NCBI RefSeq assembly: GCF_009914755.1
Contig: NC_060930.1
Length of the DNA stretch: 64,000 nt
Direction: 5' to 3' (one strand)
Source: the human T2T-CHM13v2.0 reference genome, Homo sapiens
Below the pieces are notes generated by a model. It made no database searches. It was not told the DNA's origin and saw only the letters and a list, made by a program, of their open reading frames with translations. Shown here piece by piece: positions 13,102 to 25,580 of the stretch. A program made the position numbers and the translations under genes. Within the stretch, counting starts at the first letter, position 1, and each line of letters opens with the position of its first letter.

Positions 13102-16100
13102 AGAAAGTTATTTAGCCTCTCAACAAACTAAATTTTTGCCCATTTTACACATAAAACAATTTAATCTGTAGTAATATTAACTTGCCCATTGAAGATTTAG
13201 TATGAAGACTAGATAAATGCCATGTGTTCAGCAAGTACCGTGTCACCTGACACTTAATACGTGCTCAGTAAAAAGCAAAGCATTTGCTAGTTACTCAGTC
13301 CTCTCAGTTCATGAACCGAGAGAAGGTTACCAACCAAGAATCCTCTGTCTCAAGCCTCACAGTTAATTAGGAAATGCAAAATCCACTGCAGAAGCAAGTA
13401 GAGGATCTTGCTCAGACCCAGGTTCTTTTCATAGCTCATGGTGGGGCTCTAAGGAGGAGGTTGAGTGCCAGGTAGGGCTATGGGAACCTAAGGAAGCATG
13501 TGGATTGCTATGCTCATCTGGCAATGGCTGTGACTTCTAGGACCAATAATACATACCCAGGCAAATGGGATTAAACTGAGCACTTGAATTATCCTGAACA
13601 CAGGAGATGGATGAAGGAGCATCGCAGATCACATTGTAGGTGCTGCTTGTATTTCTATCCTCACCTTAGCTGAACTGTCTAGAAAGCTATTTGATACCTG
13701 TGAGGTCAAGGTAGAGCTCAGTGGCCACAAATAAGAATCTCAGCCCTGGTGCTCAGCAGAAAGGGCTACAAAAATGCATAGACCCATGATTTGAGTTATT
13801 TCATATCAGACTTATTTTTCCCCAAGGTTTGCTTGATTGCCCCCTCTTCCTAGCTTTACTCTCCCATGAAATAACATTGATCGGCTCTCTCACAGTTGTC
13901 CAGGTTGTGCATCAATCCCCTTAAGTTGGAATGGCATGCATGCTTCTCACTGTTCCTTGTAAAGTGCAACCCTGCTGCCCTCTGTAGCAGGCTCTTTATT
14001 TCCTCCCTTGTGCTAATCAGAAACATTTAGCTGCTTTCCTGCTCAGAGGCTGAATTAATAAATTACAAATTCCTGTTATCAAAGATTTGGAGGTTTTGAC
14101 AAGTGATTTAGTTGATCACAAATGCAAGACTGTGTCAGGGAGAACCCGTGTTTTCAGGATATAGAAGGTGGATCAGCCTTGAATTTGAAAAATAAACAGG
14201 CGAGTTTGATGAGCTCAAATTCATGGCAGAGCTTCTTAATATTTCCTGAGGTTCTAATCAAAGGAGCATCTTAACTAGTCCCAGAGGGAAATGAAAGATG
14301 AAAGGCCCACTCTACCTTGCCTTATCATGACTTTCCCCCCACCCCCACCTCATTCCTTTTGCCTGTTTCTAAAAATATCTTGGCAGGTAAGAATTAGTAC
14401 TAGGATGTTATTTAGTCAAAAAAACAAAAACCCACTGCATAATGTACTGTACCTTTAAAATTTTTAACATCTATTACATTAAAATCAAGGAAATTGACAT
14501 AGATAGGATGAAAGAAGATACAACACCTCTAGCTTATGCCAACTAAAAATAAGAATTATTAATGAAGCCCGGCTTTCTTCTGCTGTGCACATTAATTATT
14601 TATGATAATAATACTCTGTACTGCCATATTAAAGAATTTTCTTCACCCAGCTTCCCAGAAAACTCCATCTTCTTGGGGGGAAAAAGGGAACCTCAACATG
14701 TTAAGCCCACAAAAGAACTCATTCCTCTTCGTATATTTATTATACTGGAAGATGAATATAGTCTTGGGTTATTAAACTGGAATGAAAAACACATCTTATT
14801 AGAACTTACATGGTGATTTTTATTCTCACTAGTTTCATATAAACTTAATGATGCAGACTGCATTTTATGCTCATCTATTTTAAAATGGTGCCTGGAGCAA
14901 AAAAAGCTTCCATTAATGCCAGTTTGGTATTTCAAATACAATTTGATGTAATTTACTTCAAATATATGTGAACAGAGAAGGATAATACCAGTGCATTTTC
15001 TAGATTCAAATGTGACTTAGCTCATGGCAATGATTTGTTAAATCTAAGTTATTTGCAAAAGAAAGAAAAGCCAAAAGAAAATTTTTGTTAGTTATAAAAT
15101 ACAAGACATATATATAAAAGAATGAGTCTAACCAGTTTTTGAGGAGAGAAGAGAAAATGGTGGGTTTTATGATAGAAGACTATTTTAACTTTATTCTCGG
15201 TTTTAATATTTATCAACCACAAGTAAATAATAACGCATTTTCCCCAGTGATGTGCTGAGCTATCGGAACGCATTGTTTTCTCATATTCATATATTGTAGC
15301 ATTATATTCATGGATATGTCAACATAAAATCTTGCAGTTTAGAGAGATTTGATATGTTTTAAGCTTGGCAGAGAAATATTAAATAAATGTTTATATTTCC
15401 TAATCTTCAAATTTTCTCTCAGTGATTTTTAGAAGAACTATATTTAAAAGAACTTTAAAAAATAATCTTAAATATTATTGTCCTAACAGCTGCTTCTAGA
15501 AACACATCAAGCCTGATTTGATGTGTGAATCTCAAAGGGAGAGTTCATGTCGTCTCATCCTCTTTACTTGGTGATCAATGTGCTTGCATGTCTGTTTCCC
15601 TTGCTCCGTGTTGACGCTAGGTCAGACTTCACGTTAGGAACGGGTGGCCGGTGTGCCTGTTGGAAATGCTCACAAAGGCATCTTGATGCACTGTAGCTGT
15701 CCAAGGTCTCTTCCCTACAGAAACACGCTCTAAGAGGATTACAGAGCTCGTGCTAATTCAAAGGATTTAATATTTTGCTGTGACACCCCGAAAACAAATA
15801 GAGAGCCCTGCCATTCCATCTCTACTCCACTTGCTGTTAGAAATTGGTTTTTAAGGGGCCAATCATTGCTTATTAACCTGAAAATATCCCTTCTACTGAA
15901 ACACCAGCTGCTGAAAGGAGAAGGGTCCCAATATTAATATCCCCACTGATTTTTCAGCATGGTGGCACCTCTCTGGAACACAGAGAAGTTGAGTGATGAT
16001 AGATTTGGGCTGCGTTTTCTCTTTCTCATTCCTGGCCAGGCCTGCCATGTGCCTGGGCTGTGGGCAGCTGTCCTCATCCTTCCCTTCCTGATTTCCTCAG

Positions 16101-16767
16101 GGAAGCAACCTTGCTGTGAAGCGGCTGGGCTTGCTGGGAAACAGGAGAAATTGTAGGAGGAGAAGGACTGGCTAGGGGTAAAGGAAACCCAGAAAATGCT
16201 GTGCAGTGGCCTGTCTGCAACATGGACCCCGCAGGCAGGCAGCATAAAGCATAACGTCTGTCCTGGTCAAGGACTAGGTTCTCTGAGAAAGGAGGTACAA
16301 TCTCCTAATGGGTAAGATACTGATTTAGGAATACTGTCTTCTCATTGCCTTAAAAGTGCCAACCCGGTAAGCAAAACATAACCTCTAGTTTCACAATTTT
16401 CCTGCATCCAAGGCTGGAGTTAGGAGCAGGGTGATGGGAGAGTCTGGGAGGGAGGCTGCATCTAGAAAGAAAGACAAGGGAGAAGAGTTGGCTTTTACAT
16501 TTCATAGGCGTGTCAGCAACCAATATGTTTGCTTCCTTGGCTGCCACTAATAAAGGCAGTTCTTAAGAAAAATAAACAAGCCTATATTTTAGGAAGACTC
16601 ATACATTTCCAGGAATCCTGGCTATGTGTGTCTATGCCAACAGTCATCCCACCCCCCGCCCTAAATGCAATGGGCTCTGCTTTCCCCATTGTCCTTATAT
16701 AGGAGCAAAAGAACAGGTTTTCTTTCTTTTTAAGTTCTGCAAAAACCTTAGGAAGTATTAAGTGACT

Positions 16768-17071
<304 letters not shown>

Positions 17072-17342
17072 TACTCCATTTTTTTTTTGTTTGTTTTTTA
17101 AGCTACATCATTTGCATTTCCAACTAGAAGCTAGAAATGACTAGCACTATAACTGTGTCAAAAATCTAGGTCTTAGTCTGAGCCCAGTAAGAAGCCCACC
17201 TAGAAGGGATTCAAGCAGACCGCAAAAATGTACCGATATTTCTCGTTCAACTTGCCTTTTCCTCATTAGCCAGATGATAAGGAGACTCAGCAAAATCAAA
17301 GAAGTGCCTCTAACAGTGTAAGAAGCACATTTCATATTATAA

Positions 17343-17702
<360 letters not shown>

Positions 17703-18427
17703 TAATGCTTTAGGATTTTCCAGAGTCCCAGTCTGTCTTCTATTTACTTGTAATTGTGGAAGAACATGTTCTATAGATTGAGTGGCAAAAATACATTTAA
17801 GAGCAGAAACTGTTTTTCTTTCTCTACTTTGCATGGGAAAGAAAAGAGCATACCTATAAGGAGATAGAAACAAAAAAGCCATCTAACCGTTTTGAATGAG
17901 TGATGGTCAGGAATCTGGGGGAACAGAAAAAGGGAAGTAATAACATGGCAGGGGACTGGAGCTTTGAGCATAAAGCATCCAGAATGCCCAGTGTCCACTT
18001 TACATTGTTTGCCTTACTCCAACGTAACCCTCTCCATACCTTTGTACTGTAGTAAAGTCTGATACATTCAAATAGCCCCTGTGGTAAGATGGAAAATGAA
18101 GGACCTCAACCATTCAATGGAATGTGAACTGTCTCACATGCGCTCTCTACCAAGTGAAGTATGCAGGAAGCAGAAGCCTACTGAGGCGTCCAAGTCCAGC
18201 CTTTCTAGAGAGTGACCACTGGCACCATAAGGAGCCAGCTGTGTTTACCAGGAGGAGAAAAGGAGGAGAGTGATACTTCAATGAGGATGTGACCTCAGCA
18301 AGCATGCTGATCTGAGTAAGAACTCTGGCATACATTTATTTAAACTATGAAGGATTTAGGTGTTTCTTTTTTTCATGGTTGCTATATATCATCATAAGCC
18401 AAAAGCTTTGGCCTTTAATGCCAATGA

Positions 18428-18780
18428 ATCATTCATTTTTCCACCAAATATTTATTGAGCATATCTTAGGTAGCAGACCCTATTCTAGAGGCAGTGGAGA
18501 GAAATAAGGTGGAGTTCCTACTCTTCATGACAACTGTATTTTAGCAGTAAATCAATGTGTACATATCCAAACTGCTAAACAGTGATAACTGCCACAAATA
18601 TTGCATTGTGGGCATTCAAAGAGGAGTAGGTTATCTCTCAGTATTGAGATTGGAGAAGAATTCATGAAGGACTAGAGTTGGAGAGATGGTATTTGACATT
18701 CAAAGACTGGGAGATAAGAGAGAACCCAGCATTGGCAAACTATTAGAACAAGAACATGGGGTCAGTGTAATGAAATGTAA
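18428..18780 (-). mobile_element. L2 3' fragment
   Basis: tcattcattttt..caaatatttattgagc L2 tail in antisense followed by L2-like sequence. Confidence 0.65.
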
Positions 18781-19027
18781 AATTGCTTTTTCATCTTTAT
18801 CACCCCAATGCCTGGCAAAAAGCAGGGACTCGGCAAATAAAATTAACTGGCCCTTACAGAGAAAGAATCAGAAACGCTAACTTATTTGTTCCTGAACAGA
18901 CAAGCCACAGGCTAGTGATAAGATTCCAAAACAAATGGAAGAAATGTGAGAAAGTTACTACAGATCTCAGTTGTTAATTAGTTATTTCATCTAGTTTAAT
19001 AGATTTTTCCATTCATGAGGATTTGGC

Positions 19028-19140
19028 CTCCCAAATCTGGCTTCTCGTCAGAATGATCTGGAGAGGTTTTCACAACTGCAGATCCCCTGGCACCACTCGG
19101 GAATTTTGATTCAGCAGGTCTGTGGTGGAGCCCAGAAATT
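19028..19140. mobile_element. MER5A/B (hAT-Charlie) MITE fragment
   Basis: cagaat..ctggagag...tgcagatccctgg...tgattcagcaggtctg..gtggagccca. Confidence 0.65.
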
Positions 19141-19559
19141 AGAGAGAAGAGGCACCATTCCTTCTACAGTCCTTCATTCAACATAGTAATTAAGGTTTTG
19201 CATCCCCCACTTTGCAGTATTTCTTTATTAAACATACTTTTATCTATTTCCTTTTTACCATGCCATCTAAATATGCTGTGAAAGAAATACAATAAAATGT
19301 GGCACTCTAAGTGAACTTGTTTAGATAATTGCAGTCATAGGTAATGTTAATTACCTCATGGACCTATTGAAACTACTGAAAACTGAAATCAAATTTTCAT
19401 TTCTGCTTTTGCTAAGGAAGGACTTTCCCACTCAGGGCTTATACAATTAGTTATTAGTATTTTGGTGTTTTCAAAAAACTCAAATGACAAATTGTACATT
19501 TACCCCAGTTTCAATTGTATTTTGTTGTAGTTCACTGACAGTGATCGTAAGTCATAGAG

Positions 19560-20130
19560 ATTTTGTTGATTCTCTAACTGTTATCCATTGAACTTGTGAG
19601 CTCTCCAGGCTTCTCATTACTTGCAGACTTGACAATAATACCTTCTATGTCTTCATGCACATCTTAATGAAAATGTGGAAGAGAATGGCGTGAAGAACAA
19701 CATCCAATGGGCAGTCACTAGAAATCTCTATCTACAGCTGTTTGGAGCCTGGCATTCTACTAATTAACCCACCTCAACATGTTAGCTTCCAATACGTATT
19801 ACCCTATCTTGTCAACAAAGATCTCACAAAGGATGCTATCAAACACCTTGCTGGAGTCCAGAAATAGGACATCTGATGTGTTTCTCTGATTTACCACATA
19901 GGTAACCTGTCAGCGAAGGCATGAGAACAACAGGACATAACTTGTCCTTAGAACCCTTGCTCCATCCCGCTAGAAACTGTGTTTGCAAATAATTGTCTTC
20001 ATATGCAAATCTAGAGTCTGATCTGAGATTTCAGTCATGTAGGGCATGCTCTTTCTGGGATTGGTGCTAGTTGTCCTTAGTTCAGCCATACTTTCTTTGA
20101 CAATCTGGCCAGCTTTTTGAGAACTGACTT
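19560..20130 (-). mobile_element. L3/CR1 LINE RT-region fossil
   Basis: minus strand across ~19835-19870 reads as a degenerate LDxSKxFD (CR1 LDFSKAFD) motif with CR1-like flanks. Confidence 0.6.
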
Positions 20131-20501
20131 GAGTAGAGATACAGTTTGTGCCATGCAACAGTGTTTTCCCTTTGTGTGAAACCATTACACCTATCCTGAG
20201 ACCACATCCCAAACTGTGGCCCTGTCAGGGTCATGCTCCATCAGTTGACCTGAAATTCATCCACACGAATAACCCAGGTAAACTGAGTATCTTGCTCCAC
20301 CACCACTCTCAGTCAACAAAAAGAGAGTAAAGGAGTATTTTGGGTTTATTCATTTTTTTACCTCTCTCCACAATGAATTAGAGCCATCCCATATATTTTT
20401 ATTGATTATTGCTAACAATTTCTACTGCTCACACACACACTTGCAAAATTTTTATTATTTCTAACGGAACAACAACCATGTACAAAAAGAAACTCAGATA
20501 C

Positions 20502-20900
20502 TGTCTTAGTTCATTGTGTGTTGCCGTAAAGGAATACCTGAGGCTGGGTAATTATAATGAAGGTTTACTTGACTCAAGTATTCTGCTCAGTAACCTGAAG
20601 TATTCTGCTGGCTGCAAGGTTCAAGACTGGGCATCTGATGAGGGCCTCAGGCTGTTTCTACTCATATCAGAAGGCAGAGGGGAGCCAGAACCATGTGGTG
20701 AGAGAGGAAGCAAGAGAGAAGGGAGAGGTGCTGGGCTTTTTTTTAGCAACCAGCTCTAGGAACAACTAACAGAGTAAGAACTCACCCCTGAGGGAGGGCA
20801 TTCATCTGTTCATGAGAAATTGGCCCGGTGACCCAAACATCCTCCATCAGGCCCACCTTCAAGAGATTTGGTGGGGACAAACCATATCCAAACCATAGCA
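20502..20900 (-). mobile_element. MSTB-like (ERVL-MaLR) solo LTR
   Basis: tgtcttagttcatt...aaggaatacctgaggctgggtaat...ccaaaccatagca; ~5 bp TSD gatac/gatat. Confidence 0.88.
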
Positions 20901-20938
20901 GATATACAGAGGCTACTGTGTTCAACCACAGAGAAAGA

Positions 20939-21241
20939 TTTTTTTATTGTTTTTATTTTTATTTTTTGAGAGACAGTCTCTCTCTATCACCCAGTCTGGA
21001 GTACAGTAGCACAATCATGGCTCACTGCAGACTTGAATTTCTGGGCTTAAGCAATTCTCCTGACTCAGCCTTCTGAGTAACTAGGACTACAAGCACATGC
21101 CACCATACCCAGCAAATTTTTCAATTTTTTTAGAGATGGGGTTCTTGCTTTGTTGCCTAGGTTGGTCTTGAACTCCTGACCATGAGCGATCCTCCTGTCT
21201 CAGCCTCTCAAATTGCTAGGATTACAGCCATGAATCACTGC
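20939..21241 (-). mobile_element. Alu (AluJ-like, diverged)
   Basis: antisense dimeric Alu; flanking agaaagat repeat. Confidence 0.93.
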
Positions 21242-21277
21242 AAGAAAGATATTTTTTTTAAAGCCTGTGATTCAGAC

Positions 21278-21455
21278 CAAGCATTGGCAGACAAGGATTC
21301 ACTGGCCAAATTTAGCCTGTGATGTGTTTTTGAAAGAAGCACAAGCAAAACAGTTGTTATATGAGTACATACAAATATCTTTGATTCTCCTCCTGACCTG
21401 CAAAGCCTAAATATATGCTGTATCCTAAATACAGAAAAAAAAATTGCTACCCTGA
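21278..21455. mobile_element. MER58A-like hAT MITE
   Basis: ggccaaatttagcctg...gcaaagcctaaatat...tacagaaaaaa..ttgct.accctg. Confidence 0.6.
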
Positions 21456-23589
21456 TTTAGAATAGCCAAACTCATCATGAAACAGTCACAAATCCACTGA
21501 AGTTTGTTGATAATTTACATTTTGCTTAAAAAAAAAAAGTACGGAGTTAATACTTACCACCTCCTTGCCACTGAGCGACATGTTGAAAGCAACCTAATAT
21601 ATTTAGGGCTTGTTTAGGGGTTGGAAAGAGACTTGAAACCATAGGGCATCAGGAACCCAAGGTCTCTGCCTCCTGGCCCTATAAGCAGCCCTGTTGGGCA
21701 TTCGTTTGATGTGAATTAGTTAACAAAGCAAACGAGAGATCTTGCCATAAAACAGCACCCTTTCTCCATGGTTACTGAGACAGTCTCCAAAGAGGCTAAT
21801 CAGCTATATTAGAATGAAGATGACACAAATCATTGATGTAAATAAGCAAATTAAGAAAAGGATCAAAGTTTCCCTTTCCCCACAGTAATTCAAAGTATCT
21901 TTCCAAGCTTCTAAATTCTAAAGAGCATAAAATGAGGATAAACATAGAAACTATAAAACAGCAGATTATATAAATAAAATTAGAAGGCATACTCCTAATC
22001 TCATATTTCCTACTGATGTTTGCCACCATTCAGTGATGCCAAAGCACAAGCTGCCATCAGATCCTAAGCTCAAGGTAAGGGTGAAAAGCAGAAACTTCAC
22101 CCTCCATGTCATAGTTGCTATGAGTTAGTATAAGTCTAGCTGCTATCAGATCCACTGATTTGGGACTCATCTTTTGACAAAGTATATATGCTGATGAAAA
22201 GCTGCTTTCGTTGCAGAGAGACTGCTAATTGTTTGATTATACAGGTCTTCACATTAATGAAGCACTATTCCATGGGTTTGGAGCATGGCGTGCAACCAAA
22301 TTACCAGCCCAGCACTCATGCTGTGAAATCTGATTATTCATTAGCCAGTCAGTGAGTGGTACCAACATCTTTTCTTTTTTCAAACCATCAAATGAGAATG
22401 ACTGCTGTTCTCCATCCCCCACTCCCCACTTCAAGAATATGAGGATTTGAATTTGTTGCATGTGGGAAAGGGGAACGGCAGAGAGAGATGGGGTTTCCAT
22501 GGGAGGTTTTTTTTCCCACACATTTAATGCAATGTATATTATGACTAACAGGGAGCAATATGGATTGGCATTTCCTGCAAAAACTGATCACTGCTCACAT
22601 CATCAGGCTTCACATGAGGATCTATCCTGGGCCTCCTTGACCAAGCTCTCAACCACCAAATGTGGTTGCTTGAATGAACTGGAATTTTACTGTCTCAGAA
22701 CTGATTGATGAGAATCACTATAAGGCAAGTGTTCAAAGTAAAACAAGGGGAGGGAAGTCTTTTGTGTGCATGAGTGTGTGTGTGTCTTTTGTTCTCTTGT
22801 TTGTTTATTATAAGAACTTTTACCTCCACAAATAAAAATAGGGTAGTCATAAGAGGACATAATTACCAGATTGATTTATGAAAATCATTTTATATATTTT
22901 TTGTAATTGAACAAAATGCTTGCTTCATTTACATGGCAAAAAAGTTTATGTCCTTTCTGTCTAAAGCCAAGATTGATAGGGATTTAGTGTGACAAGTTTA
23001 AAGAACACGTCTCTCATCTATTTCAATGCCAGCATCAAAAGTCAAAAAAACTCAGCTATGACTGCTCTATTTATAACTCAAGCTGGATTGGGTTTCCAAA
23101 TCAAATGATAGGAATTCCATCTTCTTTACCAAAGAAAGATACTGACACTCTGGCAAATGGGATTATCTCTAATGAGATTACACACAAAGTGATTAAGATG
23201 TGAATTGACACTCCCCAGGAGAGACAAAGAGGTTCCTAAAGAAGCAGAGACAGAAATCAGTAAAGTACAGGAGGAAGAGCCTTTCCCAAGAAGGGGGACT
23301 CATTTCATAAAGCCCTAATGAGAGAATTAGGGACCAACCTTGCTTTTTTTAACCTGTGCCCAAGAAAATAAAAGTTTGTAATCATCATTAAGAGGGCCCC
23401 AGATGCAAAATGAAACTGACCCCAAACCTATTTCAGACCATTTTTAATAACAGAACATTTAGAGGCTCTCTTCCCCATTGGCAAGGCATCTCTCCAATAA
23501 CTGTTTGCCTATATGCTTTCAACATGCAGACTGCCCTGAAGAAATACTCTCAAAGGATTTTCCTATATTGAATTATGTTCTTTTATTGC

Positions 23590-23730
23590 TTAAAAGAAAC
23601 ATAGAGATACTTAAGCATGCTCATTTTATGGGTGAAGAAACTGAGATTCAGGAGGCTTGGAGACTTGCTTGGGGTCACAGTGGTTTTGACAGCTGGGACT
23701 AGAACAGAAATCCTTGATGTAAGGCTGGAG
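23590..23730 (-). mobile_element. MIR fragment
   Basis: ctcattttatgggtgaagaaactgagattcagg..gacttgcttggggtcacag. Confidence 0.7.
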
Positions 23731-23852
23731 AAGTAATCAATTGAACAGGGCCAAAATAATGTAGACCCACAAAAGGAAAGACAAATATGTGAATTGAATG
23801 GCAAAGGGAATATTATCAGTTGTGAAAATCTCTGTTAAAAACAAGACAATAA

Positions 23853-24190
23853 GCTGGGTGTGGTGGCTCATGCCTGTAATCCCAGCACTCCGGGAGGCCA
23901 AGGCAGGCGGATCACAAGGTCAGGAGTTCAAGACCAGCCTGGCCAACATGGTGAAACCCCATCTCTACTAAAAACACAAAAATTAGCTGGGCGTGGTGGC
24001 ATGCACCTGTAATCCCAGCTACTTGGGAGGCTGAAGCAGGAGAATCACTTGAAGGATTCTTCACCCAGGAGGCAGAGGCTGCAGTGAGCCGAGATTGTGG
24101 CACTGCACTCCAGCCTGGGCAACAGAGCGAGACTCAGTCTCAAAAAAACAAAACAAAACAAAACAAACAAACAACAACAAAAACCAACAC
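23853..24190 (+). mobile_element. Alu (AluS-like) with (CAAAA)n tail
   Basis: full dimeric Alu; flanking acaataag repeat. Confidence 0.97.
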
Positions 24191-24974
24191 AATAAGTCTA
24201 TCATTTAGTTTCAGCAACTACTCTGAGGCTACCATAGAATATTGTATTTCTCATGACATCCTGAACAATGCATCAGACTCAGATTCCCACAGTTCATGAA
24301 CCAATGCTGGAAGAAACGAACTCATACACCTATAGGCACCAGGAGACATACTGGAATTCGAGGGGTGGGAGATTCCAAGTATTGCTTTAGTTTCTAATCT
24401 TAACTTACTATATGACCTTTAGAAATTATTTTATCTAAAGATATAAAATGGGTATAGTAATACTTATCCGTCCTACTAGGGTGTTATGAAATGTCACTAA
24501 TTAGACTAGTTTACAAAGCACTTTGAGACTTCCAAATGAAAAGTTCCACATACAATAATTATGAGTATTAGCATTATTATTAACATAACAACTTAGTTAC
24601 CAGCTTCATTATCACTTGCTCTCTTGACTTCTTGCTAAGAAAGACATTCTCAATAGTTTTTTGCTTCCCCACTTACAGGTCTTCGTAAGAAGGATTTTTA
24701 GCATACCAGTACATGGGTCAAGAAACCATCCAAGAAGTCACATTGTTACAATTTCATGTGTTTTATTCTAATTAAATCCCCAAATCAACCACGTTATGGT
24801 AAACATAACATAGTAGTTTTAAAACTGGTTTTAGTCACAGTTCCCGTTAACTATGTGATAAAATCTATGAGACTGCTTCTGGAAAACCGCATACATACAT
24901 TGCATACATACATTTGCAATCAATTTAAAGATTAAGTTGATTAAACATTAAAGATTAAAACCCTAAATCTAGGA

Positions 24975-25580
24975 AATATTTATGTAATCACCCACTACTG
25001 CCCAGGCACTGTTCTAGGCACTTGAGAACAGCAGTAAATAAGACAGAGCAAGATCTCTGCCCTGGTGGATCTTGCATGGGTATCAGGAAGCAGACAATTA
25101 AAAAATAATAAATAAGGTCTATTATGTTAGAAAAGGATAAGTTTTATGCAATAAAGAAAAAGTAGAGCTAAAAGTAAGCTAAAAGGAATAGGAAACACTG
25201 TGCAGACACTCTGTTCAAAGGATGAAACAGTGTAGTCCAGGTAGACCTTATTGAGAAAGTAAATTTTGAAGAAACAATTTGAAGGAAGTCAGCCAAGTCT
25301 ATACCTGGTGGAAAAGTATTTCAGGCAGAGGAAGGAGCCAGGATGCAACCCCTAAATTGGGCCAGTAAGCAAGGGGAGAAGCAGTAGGAGGTGATGTCAT
25401 TATTGCAATGATGGTAGTTTTACCCAGGATGGTAGCAATAGGGGAACAAAATGATCAAATGGTCAGTCTGGAAACAGCTGGAGGCAGAGTCAATGGAGTT
25501 TGGAAGTAGAGCAAGGGAGAAAGCAGGGAGGGTTAAAGCTGACTCTTGGTTTTTGGCCTGAGCAACTGGAAAATGGAGTA
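24975..25580 (-). mobile_element. L2 3' region
   Basis: ccaggcactgttctaggcacttgagaacagcagtaaataagacag...tttttggcctgagcaactgg. Confidence 0.8.
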
